Shown piece after piece: positions 8,046-16,805 of a stretch of DNA of 64,000 bases. How positions within the stretch are numbered: position 1 is the stretch's first letter; the number at the start of each line of letters is the position of its first letter. The DNA comes from a virus. Taxonomy: Duplodnaviria > Caudoviricetes. The DNA is taken from IMG/VR virus record IMGVR_UViG_3300033069_002007, positions 1-64,000 of that record. One strand, written 5' to 3'. The translations under genes were made by a program, and so were the position numbers. The notes under the pieces were generated by a model. The model searched no databases. It had not been told where the DNA came from and saw only the letters and a list, made by a program, of their open reading frames with translations.

Positions 8046-9791
8046 TTAGTATTTGTTGTCTCCTATCCAATCATATCGTCCAGGATTAACTCTGGATTCA
8101 CTGATTCTAAGTGGCTTCTCATCTTCTTGTTTGAAGAATTTTTCAATAAACTTAGTTGCTTGAACTAAATTTGGTTGAGCAAGAATACCTTCTTTTATTT
8201 TTTTAAGAACTGGAGTTTTTACAACTCGTTCATTATAAAAATTCAATACATCTCGGTTTATAGTTTTTGGTTTAGTAGCTGATTCTTTAATAGTTTGTTT
8301 AGCAGGTTTTCCACTTTCTAAATAACCAGATTCATCATTATAATCTTCCCAAGGAACTCCACCATAATCTTCATCGTCAGCTCTATATGCAATCATAGGA
8401 TCTACGATATCACCGTAATCCTCATCAGGATAAGCAGAGTTTTGAACGAGGTCAATATCTAATACATCTGGTTGACCAATTTCATCCTCAACCATAGTTT
8501 GAGTGTCAGCAGTTGTATTTTCTTTTTTTAATTCTTTGTTTTCTTTACGAAGACGAGCAATGTCTTCAAGCATAACTAGTTTTTCAGACAATGCTTGACG
8601 AATATCTTTTAAAAGGATTCCCCTTTCAGAGATAAGACCATTGATGTCATTTCGTGCTACTTTAACATCTTCCATTAAAGCCGTGATATCGTTTTCCATT
8701 AACTTACTGTCTTCAACCAAAGCAGTTAAGTCAGTTTTAAGAATCTTTTCGTTTTCACTAATAGTCTTAATAACTTCTTTTGATTTAGTTAATTGTTCTT
8801 TAATTTTAGTTAACATAACATCTGAAGTCTTAGCTTTCTCTTTAAGATCACTAATAGATTCTTCGGATACTTTTAGTCTTTCAGTATTTTCTTTAATTTC
8901 AGACTTAATCATAAGATCAAGGGAAGCAATTTCTTCAACTAACTTAGTTCTTTCATTACCGAAGGACTCAGGAATAAGCTCAAGGGTTTCTTCGATGTCT
9001 CGTTTAGCCTCTATAAGAGAAGCTCCTTTGTTTTGTTTTGCTCTTTCTGATTCTTTAAGAGCAACCTTTACATTGTTTCTAACTGTTAATGCTTGAACGC
9101 CTTCTGTCGCCATATTATGATTCCTTTCTTGTTGATTTATTTTTTCTTCTATTATATTAGTATTACTTTCGACTTTCGTCTTTACACTTTCAGACATCGA
9201 TACTGAATTGGTATCAATATTATCTTGTTCAGCATATACCCCTTGAGATGGAGTTAATACCCAATCAGACAATCTAATAAGTTCATAAGTTCTAGGATTT
9301 ACTGTTCTTTCGTCTTCCATTAGTTCACCGAAACCAACAGTTGAAAGACCATTCTTTCCACCAGCTTGTAGTACTTCTAAGAAATGTTTTCCATGTTTAC
9401 CAACAAGATATAGATCAGCAGTGCAATTAGATTCGTTGATTTTGAAATTTCTCCAAACACCAACAATATCTTTAACTGATCCATCTGAGTCATCTCCTGG
9501 ATGATCAGCGAGACAAAGAGTTCCTTCAGCTACCTTAGCTCGATATACATTTTCCCAAAGCTCTTTAGAATATACCCTACCGTTTAGATTTTCAGTAAAT
9601 CTAGTTACGGGAACATTTCTTACTATAGCTACTGCTTTAAACTTCTCACCTTGAAACGATTCAACTAAAGGACGTTGACCTTCAGTTAAGACTTCAATAC
9701 TGGTAGATGGGATAGTAACAGAAAAAGACTCAATAAAAAGATGTTTTCCTTTTTCTTGAGCAATCTCTTTTAATGTTTTTCTTTTTTCCAT
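8046..9791 (-). CDS. prohead protease (gp21-like) fused to coiled-coil scaffold-like region
   Basis: NLNGRVYS, LADHP, GLSTVGFG, DWVLTPS in the N-terminal ~190 aa; long heptad-rich then acidic C-terminal region. Confidence 0.85.
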   Translation of the reverse strand: MEKRKTLKEIAQEKGKHLFIESFSVTIPSTSIEVLTEGQRPLVESFQGEKFKAVAIVRNVPVTRFTENLNGRVYSKELWENVYRAKVAEGTLCLADHPGDDSDGSVKDIVGVWRNFKINESNCTADLYLVGKHGKHFLEVLQAGGKNGLSTVGFGELMEDERTVNPRTYELIRLSDWVLTPSQGVYAEQDNIDTNSVSMSESVKTKVESNTNIIEEKINQQERNHNMATEGVQALTVRNNVKVALKESERAKQNKGASLIEAKRDIEETLELIPESFGNERTKLVEEIASLDLMIKSEIKENTERLKVSEESISDLKEKAKTSDVMLTKIKEQLTKSKEVIKTISENEKILKTDLTALVEDSKLMENDITALMEDVKVARNDINGLISERGILLKDIRQALSEKLVMLEDIARLRKENKELKKENTTADTQTMVEDEIGQPDVLDIDLVQNSAYPDEDYGDIVDPMIAYRADDEDYGGVPWEDYNDESGYLESGKPAKQTIKESATKPKTINRDVLNFYNERVVKTPVLKKIKEGILAQPNLVQATKFIEKFFKQEDEKPLRISESRVNPGRYDWIGDNKY

Positions 9792-9801
9792 TATGATATC
9801 C

Positions 9802-9827
9802 TTTAGGGTTGATTTCTCAACCCTAAA
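9802..9827 (-). promoter_or_regulatory. 11-bp GAAA-tetraloop hairpin abutting the protease RBS
   Basis: TTTAGGGTTGA-GAAA-TCAACCCTAAA then GGATATCATA ATG; no U-tract. Confidence 0.7.
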
Positions 9828-9838
9828 CTTAAATTTTA

Positions 9839-10570
9839 TTAAGCTCCATCACCAGAAGCATTTTCGTCATCATCAGCATCCATCCCTCTGTCAGAAGGAG
9901 CATTACCCATGTTATCAAGTGACATAGCATCATAGTCAGAACCTGTATCATCACTGATTAAGCTGTCGCCTTCGTCAGTTTCAGACTCTTCATCAAAGAT
10001 ACTTTTATAGGTATTAGATTTCATACCTGTAATAGCTTCTTCCATATCATCCTCATCGGAATCGTTAGACTCTTCCATATCTTCTTTATTGTCTTTATTG
10101 TCTTCTTCCTCATCTTCTTCCTCAGAAATTTGAGTTCGATTTTCAAGTTTAGCAGCCATTTCTTTAACTCGTTTAAGGCGAGCTTTTTCTTTCATTTCTG
10201 CATCGTCTTTCTTGTCATCTTTTTTATCGTCTTCTTTTTTATCATCAGTAGTTTCTTCTGCTTCAAAAAGAGACTTATACTTAGCTGATACTTTAGACTC
10301 AAGCATACCGATTTCGTCAACGATAGAGTTTTGAGCATTTAGGGTTTTAACTGTGTTTGAAAGGGAATCAACAACCGCATTGTCAACACCATGATCATCG
10401 ATAACATCAGTTATAACTGATTCAATTTTATCCACTACGCTATCTATGACTGCAGGCGCCATACTTTCTTTCAAAGCTTCTTTTAATTTAAGTGCAAGCT
10501 TTGAATCTTTTTTGTTTTCTTGTTTTGAAGTTTTATTTTCAAACAATGACTTATATCGTTTCATTCCCAT
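9839..10570 (-). CDS. acidic prohead core/scaffold-like protein with three YKS[LI]F motifs
   Basis: very D/E-rich; KRYKSLFE, AKYKSLFE, NTYKSIFD; immediately upstream of protease. Confidence 0.55.
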   Translation of the reverse strand: MGMKRYKSLFENKTSKQENKKDSKLALKLKEALKESMAPAVIDSVVDKIESVITDVIDDHGVDNAVVDSLSNTVKTLNAQNSIVDEIGMLESKVSAKYKSLFEAEETTDDKKEDDKKDDKKDDAEMKEKARLKRVKEMAAKLENRTQISEEEDEEEDNKDNKEDMEESNDSDEDDMEEAITGMKSNTYKSIFDEESETDEGDSLISDDTGSDYDAMSLDNMGNAPSDRGMDADDDENASGDGA

Positions 10571-10618
10571 GGTTCTAACCCATCCTATTGATAGTAATTA
10601 TTGCTGAAGTTCAGCATT

Positions 10619-10627
10619 TAATTAGTA
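10619..10627 (-). promoter_or_regulatory. putative late promoter TACTAATTA
   Basis: intergenic, upstream of core-protease-capsid genes; recurring motif. Confidence 0.55.
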
Positions 10628-10649
10628 TCAAAACTAATAGAATTAAGTT

Positions 10650-11789
10650 TTAATTTTTACTGTCTTTGTCTTTAATAAGAAGTGATCGTTTGACTAACTC
10701 TTTCCAGGAATCAGGATTTCTTAGTCGTTCTTTTATCGATTGTTCTACTGATCTTAAATCTAGTTTCTTAAATAGATTGGATATAGTCATTAGATAGTCT
10801 AGAACTTCTTGTCTTATCTCCTGAGACACTCTAGGATCGTCCTGACAAAGATATGGTAGAAGTCTTTGGACTCTCTTCAGACATTCTTCAGCAGATAGGT
10901 TTATTTCAGCAACTAGTGATCTAGTCAAAAGAGCTTTATCCATTTTATAAAATGGTTTATTTGTTACAACAATAATTCTACTCGTACATTCAAATGAGTT
11001 AGGGATTATAACATCCTCTCCTTCAGAATCAGCTTTCTTTAATATGATTGGTTTAGCACCATACCCTACTTTTCTGATTTTCTTTGAATCTAGAACTTTC
11101 TTAAGTATATCAAAATTTTTAGGATTATCTATCAGTGAATCGGCATCATCAAACAAGATTACTTTTCCATTTTCCCTATATAGGAAAATATAGAGGTTCA
11201 TAGTTTGAATCTTTGTTGGTCCTTCGATCCACTGTAGTTCCTCAACTTCTTCCTCTTCAGTGGATATTTCTACTTCGTAATTTTCTAATTCTTTAACTGA
11301 TATAAACTGTCTAGTGTCTGACTCGGGTCCAAGTAATTCTTTTAGAGTAGTAGTTATCTCTACCGTTTTACCTAGACCTGAATCACCTGAACAAATAAAA
11401 GCATAATCAGTTGAACAGGGATCACAAATACTTCTAGTATAGTTAACTACTTGTTTGAATATTTCTTCCTCGCCAATAATTATAGATTCTGATTCAACTT
11501 CAGGTATTGGTTCTTCCTCGACAACCTCTTGAATGACTTCGGGTACGATTTCTTCGACTATAACTGGTTCTGGTTCTGGTTCTAATTTTGGTTCAATAAC
11601 TACTGGTTCCGAGACATCCTCTATTATTTCAGATGTTGTACTCTTAAGCATTGTTTTAAATAAAGAAAAAGACTCAGGGTTTCCTAGTTGTTTGTCTCGG
11701 ACCCAAGTACTATATGACTTATATAATACTGGAGTGGATTGGGTCGTATCTGGTAATGTTCTACTTACCCACTGTTGTATCGTCTTCAT
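10650..11789 (-). CDS. AAA+ ATPase with acidic Pro/Glu-rich N-terminal linker
   Basis: Walker A GDSGLGKT, Walker B ILFDDAD, sensor-1 IIVVTN. Confidence 0.75.
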   Translation of the reverse strand: MKTIQQWVSRTLPDTTQSTPVLYKSYSTWVRDKQLGNPESFSLFKTMLKSTTSEIIEDVSEPVVIEPKLEPEPEPVIVEEIVPEVIQEVVEEEPIPEVESESIIIGEEEIFKQVVNYTRSICDPCSTDYAFICSGDSGLGKTVEITTTLKELLGPESDTRQFISVKELENYEVEISTEEEEVEELQWIEGPTKIQTMNLYIFLYRENGKVILFDDADSLIDNPKNFDILKKVLDSKKIRKVGYGAKPIILKKADSEGEDVIIPNSFECTSRIIVVTNKPFYKMDKALLTRSLVAEINLSAEECLKRVQRLLPYLCQDDPRVSQEIRQEVLDYLMTISNLFKKLDLRSVEQSIKERLRNPDSWKELVKRSLLIKDKDSKN

Positions 11790-12228
11790 GTATAATTAGT
11801 CGCTTCTGATTGTACTTGTTCTCTAAATGCTTTATATACTCTAATATTTTGTTCATACATTTATCAGGGTTCTTAAATATTTGTCTTCCTGTAAATCTAA
11901 GAACATACCAATCATTCATAGCAAGGTATATTTGTCTCTGGTAATCATGTTCTCTTTGATGTAAGTAACTATGAAAGTTAAGTCCATCTATCTCGATATC
12001 TATTTTAAATCTTGGTCTACTAGATGATTTGTCGAAATATGCAAAATCTAGTTTATAAGGACCAACTGCAAACCCTGATTCCAAAATTATAGGATAAGTT
12101 TTGGAAAAATTATAGAATTCTTTTTCTAACGGAGAATCCCAATCTATATTGTCTGTTTGTTGTTTAGTTTTATTTTCTTTCTTAGGTCTTACGATTCTTT
12201 TCTTAACTGCTTTTTTGAAACGTTTCAA
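11761..12228 (-). CDS. DUF559 / Vsr-like endonuclease
   Basis: PYKLDFA...IEIDGLNFH...DYQRQIYL...WYVLRFT; TTG start. Confidence 0.8.
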   Translation of the reverse strand: MKRFKKAVKKRIVRPKKENKTKQQTDNIDWDSPLEKEFYNFSKTYPIILESGFAVGPYKLDFAYFDKSSSRPRFKIDIEIDGLNFHSYLHQREHDYQRQIYLAMNDWYVLRFTGRQIFKNPDKCMNKILEYIKHLENKYNQKRLIIHEDDTTVGK

Positions 12229-12231
12229 ACA

Positions 12232-12912
12232 TTATTCCTTTGGAGGCATTAACTTAGCGATACGAAACTTAAATAAATTTTGATTACCTTTATTTGTCTT
12301 GACTTGAGGTTGATTATTATCGTCCACATCAAAACCTGTTACGGTCATCCTTTTATTCTTAAATTTTCCACCGAGGATTTCATCCCCGACTTCAAAAGGG
12401 ATTTCCATATTCTCATAAATTGACTTGTATGGTTTTAATTCCACACTTTCAGTTGTAATCTGTGAACTACTAACCAGTATAACGCTACCTATAACATATT
12501 CACAACCAGATTCTATCTCTTTAGCTACTCTATGATGTCCATCCAGAAGATAATAGAATTCACCAAACTTCATAAGTTCTGGGTAATTTGCATCCTGATC
12601 TTTAGAAGAGAATACCCACTTCTCAAGTTTGTCTCGTTTCAAGAATCTCTGAGTCGGAACTATCATTTTAACATCTATTGATTCCTGACCAGATGTTTTG
12701 AAGTAATCCTTATATTTATTTGGATCTGAATTACACTCTAGTTTAAAAACAATATTTGTTGCATGCTCTACTTCAAGAGGATATGCAAAAGGATTGCAGA
12801 AATATTCTTCGACTGAAACTAAATTGCTAGGATCTTCAGTTAATTCATAAGCACTCAAGTTCGTATAGTATGTCTTTTCTTTAAAGACTGACTTATAAGA
12901 TTTAAGCATCAT
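12232..12912 (-). CDS. ParB/Srx-like domain protein with two YKS tags and a C-terminal beta-domain
   Basis: YYLLDGHHR; KSYKSVFKE at the N-terminus and ELKPYKSIYE internally. Confidence 0.6.
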   Translation of the reverse strand: MMLKSYKSVFKEKTYYTNLSAYELTEDPSNLVSVEEYFCNPFAYPLEVEHATNIVFKLECNSDPNKYKDYFKTSGQESIDVKMIVPTQRFLKRDKLEKWVFSSKDQDANYPELMKFGEFYYLLDGHHRVAKEIESGCEYVIGSVILVSSSQITTESVELKPYKSIYENMEIPFEVGDEILGGKFKNKRMTVTGFDVDDNNQPQVKTNKGNQNLFKFRIAKLMPPKE

Positions 12913-12914
12913 AA

Positions 12915-13676
12915 CTAATTAGTAGATCCCGTCATTCTTGCTGGTTGTAGAGGTAATGTTTTATCCTGTACTAGTTTCAATACTTTATCGGAGGCTTTAA
13001 AAACTATTGGTACAATACCAGCTAAGTGTTTACAAAGGTAATCACTACCACCATGAACTTTTCTCCAAACAGGATCGGAAATACTTTGAGGATATATTGC
13101 TGAATCAACTTTAGTTGCTCTATATCTCTTACCTTGCCAGTTAAAGGATGCACAATTACAATCAACTTTTATGTTAGATACTTTTAATATCTTTCTAAAT
13201 GTTGAAGCAGATAGGTTCCAAATATTAATAGTTCTTTTTTGCTTCTCCGACGCTTGTCTCGTATATTTTTTAAAGTCAGTAAATTGAATCTTCACCGTAT
13301 ATGATCTCAATCGCTTCCATGAGTTGGTTTTATTATTATAACCTTGTGTCGAAGAAAAGTAAGTAGGATTAGTTTTGAGAGTCAGAATGTCTGTATCTGG
13401 ATCGTAGTCAAATATCTTTGCTACTTTCTTTTCCTGACCTAGAATACCATTACGTTCATTTTTGTAATATCTAGTTACTCCAGATATATGTTTGCTCCAC
13501 TGATCGATTGAAAATTCTTTTAATAGACTACCATGGTTTAATTCTTGTAGCTCTTCCTCAGATAATAGTTCACTTATGTCGGTCAGACTTAACTCATACT
13601 TTTCTTTACCATTAAAGATTGTATAAGTTAAATCATCATTTGACTTGACTATTTCTGATAACTGGTGGGGCATCAT
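12915..13676 (-). CDS. SWIM zinc-finger protein
   Basis: KVDCNCASF...YLCKHL. Confidence 0.65.
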   Translation of the reverse strand: MMPHQLSEIVKSNDDLTYTIFNGKEKYELSLTDISELLSEEELQELNHGSLLKEFSIDQWSKHISGVTRYYKNERNGILGQEKKVAKIFDYDPDTDILTLKTNPTYFSSTQGYNNKTNSWKRLRSYTVKIQFTDFKKYTRQASEKQKRTINIWNLSASTFRKILKVSNIKVDCNCASFNWQGKRYRATKVDSAIYPQSISDPVWRKVHGGSDYLCKHLAGIVPIVFKASDKVLKLVQDKTLPLQPARMTGSTN

Positions 13677-13678
13677 TA

Positions 13679-13975
13679 TTAAAGTACTACTTGTATATCA
13701 GTTCCATTTTTAAACACTATTCTTATTCCTGATCTATTTGCAACAAAAAACTCAAAAGCTTCCTCATAAAAGTAAAGCTCAAAATTATTATTCCCAAATA
13801 TTATACCTTTTTTATGAGCCATTTTTACCATGACTTTTTCAACTGACATAGTAAACACCGTTGTCACGTCTAATTTGAACTTATTACTGTCTTCCATAGG
13901 TGACAGTACTGCAATTAAACCTTCCCAACTTTTATTATTTGATTCTTCTTTGAATACGCTTTTATATCTTTCCAT
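13679..13975 (-). CDS. putative internal head protein (YKS tag)
   Basis: N-terminus MERYKSVFKEES. Confidence 0.55.
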   Translation of the reverse strand: MERYKSVFKEESNNKSWEGLIAVLSPMEDSNKFKLDVTTVFTMSVEKVMVKMAHKKGIIFGNNNFELYFYEEAFEFFVANRSGIRIVFKNGTDIQVVL

Positions 13976-13977
13976 AG

Positions 13978-14232
13978 TTATACTCCAATACTATTTTGGT
14001 AAAACTTTTCTATTACTTCTCTTAACTTAAGTGGTAATCTAGCATTTGTAGTCTTAGACATCTGAAGTAGTTTAAAAGCATATTCAGCGGTGTCATCTTG
14101 CCACATAGGTGATACCCCAAAAGAATGGGCTAGTCTTGCTATCCCACCTTTTATCTTATCTACTAGAGAAACTCCATCTTCTGACATCATTTCTTGTTTT
14201 TCCTCTTTATAAATAGAGTTATACCTTTCCAT
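13978..14232 (-). CDS. putative internal head protein (YKS-tag variant)
   Basis: N-terminus MERYNSIYKEEK. Confidence 0.55.
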   Translation of the reverse strand: MERYNSIYKEEKQEMMSEDGVSLVDKIKGGIARLAHSFGVSPMWQDDTAEYAFKLLQMSKTTNARLPLKLREVIEKFYQNSIGV

Positions 14233-14242
14233 GTTTAAATCC

Positions 14243-14683
14243 TTATTTTAATGTTAACAAATAACTTAATTTCTGTGTTTCACCAATCATTTCATCAATT
14301 ATATTCTGTAGAGCAGTTGAATTGAAAGGTACTTTATTTTCAAAACTCTTTCTTAATTCTTTGAGCCAAACTAAAGTGTTACCAATATAATCTTTTGGTT
14401 GATCGGAATCTAAACTATAATCACATAAACCAATTAGGTCTGATTTTCCAAATGATTTTATATATTCTCGACCAAACTCACCCTGATAAGATTCAACAAA
14501 GGAATCAATAAAGTCTGACATTGCATCATAATAACTTCCTAATGCTGTATGTTCAGCATATCCATAAGTTTGCCAATGAAATATTTTAACTTGAGCTAGT
14601 ATGCCAAGAAATTCTTTTACAAATGAGTTTTCAGGACTAACGTCAAACTCTGATTCTTTATATACTGATTTATAGGGTTTCAT
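14243..14683 (-). CDS. Dps/ferritin-like (DUF5856-type) protein with YKS tag
   Basis: KIFHWQT...EHTALGSYY...IDSFVESYQG, LQNIIDEM...YLLTLK; N-terminus MKPYKSVYKE. Confidence 0.75.
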   Translation of the reverse strand: MKPYKSVYKESEFDVSPENSFVKEFLGILAQVKIFHWQTYGYAEHTALGSYYDAMSDFIDSFVESYQGEFGREYIKSFGKSDLIGLCDYSLDSDQPKDYIGNTLVWLKELRKSFENKVPFNSTALQNIIDEMIGETQKLSYLLTLK

Positions 14684-14691
14684 AATTTATT

Positions 14692-15378
14692 TTACCACGT
14701 ATGCTTCTTCATTGATATCTTTCTTTTTCGATTGGTTGCTGTTTGCTTACTTTTAATTTTTCTGGCACTCTTTTTAGCAATGATACTTTTCTTTCTAGTC
14801 TCGGAAGGTTTCTTTCTAACTAGTTTTTTCTTACTACCTGTTCCTTTGACTCCATATTGTTTATTAGTGCTGTAATATTTTATGGTTTTCTTTCCGTTTC
14901 GAATAACGAATTTTTTCTTTATACCTTCTTCTAGTTCATCGTCAATACAATAGTCATCCCTGATTTCCTCAACGAAATAAACTGATTTGTATGGTTTTAA
15001 GTAAGGCATCGATTCTTCTAAGTTAAGAATAATATCACCATTGCTTTTCATGATTACATCCATTCTCTCATCTTTTCTCTTGAAATACTTTTGTATGAAA
15101 TCGATTATAACTTTAGGCCAAGGAAGAGAAGCATCAAGTAATGGATATTTAAGTGAGTTATCTTTAATATATTCAGCTATTGTTTGAAGTAATTCTTTTA
15201 CTTCAGGATAGAATTTAGAAGTTAGAATTTGTTTAAACTCCATTGGGTCACTATTATTATATTGAACCCAAACTTTATTACCTTGAATCCAAAATTCAAA
15301 AGTATACATCCACGCTTTTGAATTCCTTATGGTTCTAATTTGATGATACTCATTAAGTGATTTTAAATTTAAATCCAT
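14692..15378 (-). CDS. gp68-like prohead core protein (C-terminal part) with internal YKS tag
   Basis: basic tail RKKSIIAKKSARKIKSK...RKRKISMKK resembles T4-type gp68; internal ESMPYLKPYKSVYFVEE. Confidence 0.55.
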   Translation of the reverse strand: MDLNLKSLNEYHQIRTIRNSKAWMYTFEFWIQGNKVWVQYNNSDPMEFKQILTSKFYPEVKELLQTIAEYIKDNSLKYPLLDASLPWPKVIIDFIQKYFKRKDERMDVIMKSNGDIILNLEESMPYLKPYKSVYFVEEIRDDYCIDDELEEGIKKKFVIRNGKKTIKYYSTNKQYGVKGTGSKKKLVRKKPSETRKKSIIAKKSARKIKSKQTATNRKRKISMKKHTW

Positions 15379-15625
15379 ATCTAGTTAGTATCCTTTCAAC
15401 TTCTTTTTTTCTTTTAGAAAAATCCTCAAAGGGTTTAGTATCGATTATAACTATATCCTTAACTTCTTTTGTCTTCATAATTACACCAAACATTTCTTCC
15501 AAATCTCTGAAGAATCTGTTCAATCTAAAATTATGATTGTATATTATTATTTTTTGAAATGATTTTTCAAAATAGTCACTTACAAGTTTATCTAAGGATA
15601 TAGTTTCATACATATTACTTTCCAC
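15353..15625 (-). CDS. hypothetical protein
   Basis: coupled ORF in head operon. Confidence 0.55.
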   Translation of the reverse strand: MESNMYETISLDKLVSDYFEKSFQKIIIYNHNFRLNRFFRDLEEMFGVIMKTKEVKDIVIIDTKPFEDFSKRKKEVERILTRYGFKFKIT

Positions 15626-16130
15626 TACCTAGAGTATATTTTTGTTTTCCAAATCTTTTTATTTGTCTAATCTCTGGCTTTAGAGCAGCAAGTCTATCCT
15701 TAGCTAGTTTTAATTTTCTAGAAGACATCAATAGAACTAACTTCTCTTTTGGTTCAGTACTATTGTCATCTACTCCTTCAACTAAAATAGGTTTCATATC
15801 TTCCCATGCTAACATATCACCTAACTTAGAAGGATAGTAACACATTTCTTTTTTCCCATTACGGGTAGAGAAACGACTCAATAGGTTTTCAGAGAACTCA
15901 CCTTTAGCCCCTAATCTAGGAAGACCACCAAACTCTTGTTCAGGATTAAGATATAACTCTACTTCGTCAGCTATGTCTGCAATAATAATTTCATGAACTA
16001 ACTCTTCACAATCTTTAGTTGGGTCATCCCAAAGAATAACCTTCTTTTTCTTTTTAGTTACATCAGAAGTAAGAATATCGTATTGATAATTTTCTCCATA
16101 TATTGATTTGTAAGGTTTCATTTCCATCAT
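15615..16130 (-). CDS. putative internal head protein (YKS tag)
   Basis: N-terminus MEMKPYKSIYGEN. Confidence 0.55.
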   Translation of the reverse strand: MMEMKPYKSIYGENYQYDILTSDVTKKKKKVILWDDPTKDCEELVHEIIIADIADEVELYLNPEQEFGGLPRLGAKGEFSENLLSRFSTRNGKKEMCYYPSKLGDMLAWEDMKPILVEGVDDNSTEPKEKLVLLMSSRKLKLAKDRLAALKPEIRQIKRFGKQKYTLGSGK

Positions 16131-16531
16131 TATACTCCAATAATATTATTTATGTCAGTTATATCAACACCAGTAGGTATTGAAGGTTCAGCTAGTTTTA
16201 ATTTTGATTTCGTTGACAATACTCTATTTGATAGAATAGATTCTCCACCTAAATCTCTAACCACTATATATGAGTTCGGTAATAGATTACCTGAAAAATT
16301 ATCTAGTTCAACCGGGGGAGTCAATTTAAACTTCTCCAATCCTTCTAGACCTACTCGATATCCTTGAGTTGTTAAGTTGTTTTTTAATACTTTAGACGGA
16401 ATAAATTTTTCAGGATATCGTGAATTAATCGATACCAAATATAAACTAACAGCAGATCCTAAAACTTTCTGAATATAACAATTCATATAGTTGTCAAATC
16501 CTAGAGTTGCTCTTAATTCATTACCAGTCAC
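16130..16531 (-). CDS. hypothetical protein
   Basis: GTG start, coupled ORF. Confidence 0.55.
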   Translation of the reverse strand: MTGNELRATLGFDNYMNCYIQKVLGSAVSLYLVSINSRYPEKFIPSKVLKNNLTTQGYRVGLEGLEKFKLTPPVELDNFSGNLLPNSYIVVRDLGGESILSNRVLSTKSKLKLAEPSIPTGVDITDINNIIGV

Positions 16532-16532
16532 C

Positions 16533-16805
16533 CTAATTAGTATTGAAATTGAACTGTTTAAATAAGTTTTGAATTTCTAGTTTTTGTTCCGGTTTTAAAA
16601 TCAGTGGTGGGCAGTCATTTGTTTCTTCTTGTAATATTAAGTCATTTGAATTTAAAAATTCTGTAGTTATTTTAAATCTATAGTTTTCAGTTACTATAAA
16701 AGTTCCTTCATCTGAGTCTACTAGTAGTTTACAATTATTTAAATCTATGCCATCAAGATTAAACTCAAAGTCTTCTTGTTCTGGAGTAAGGATTTCCGAA
16801 AACAT
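16533..16805 (-). CDS. hypothetical protein
   Basis: ORF with GGAGG SD. Confidence 0.55.
   Translation of the reverse strand: MFSEILTPEQEDFEFNLDGIDLNNCKLLVDSDEGTFIVTENYRFKITTEFLNSNDLILQEETNDCPPLILKPEQKLEIQNLFKQFNFNTN

Noticed and set aside
11793-11801. GACTAATTA and TACTAATCT (61971) as extra late promoters
   Set aside because: Mismatched, and only 1-3 nt from the start codon; the first lies within coding sequence.
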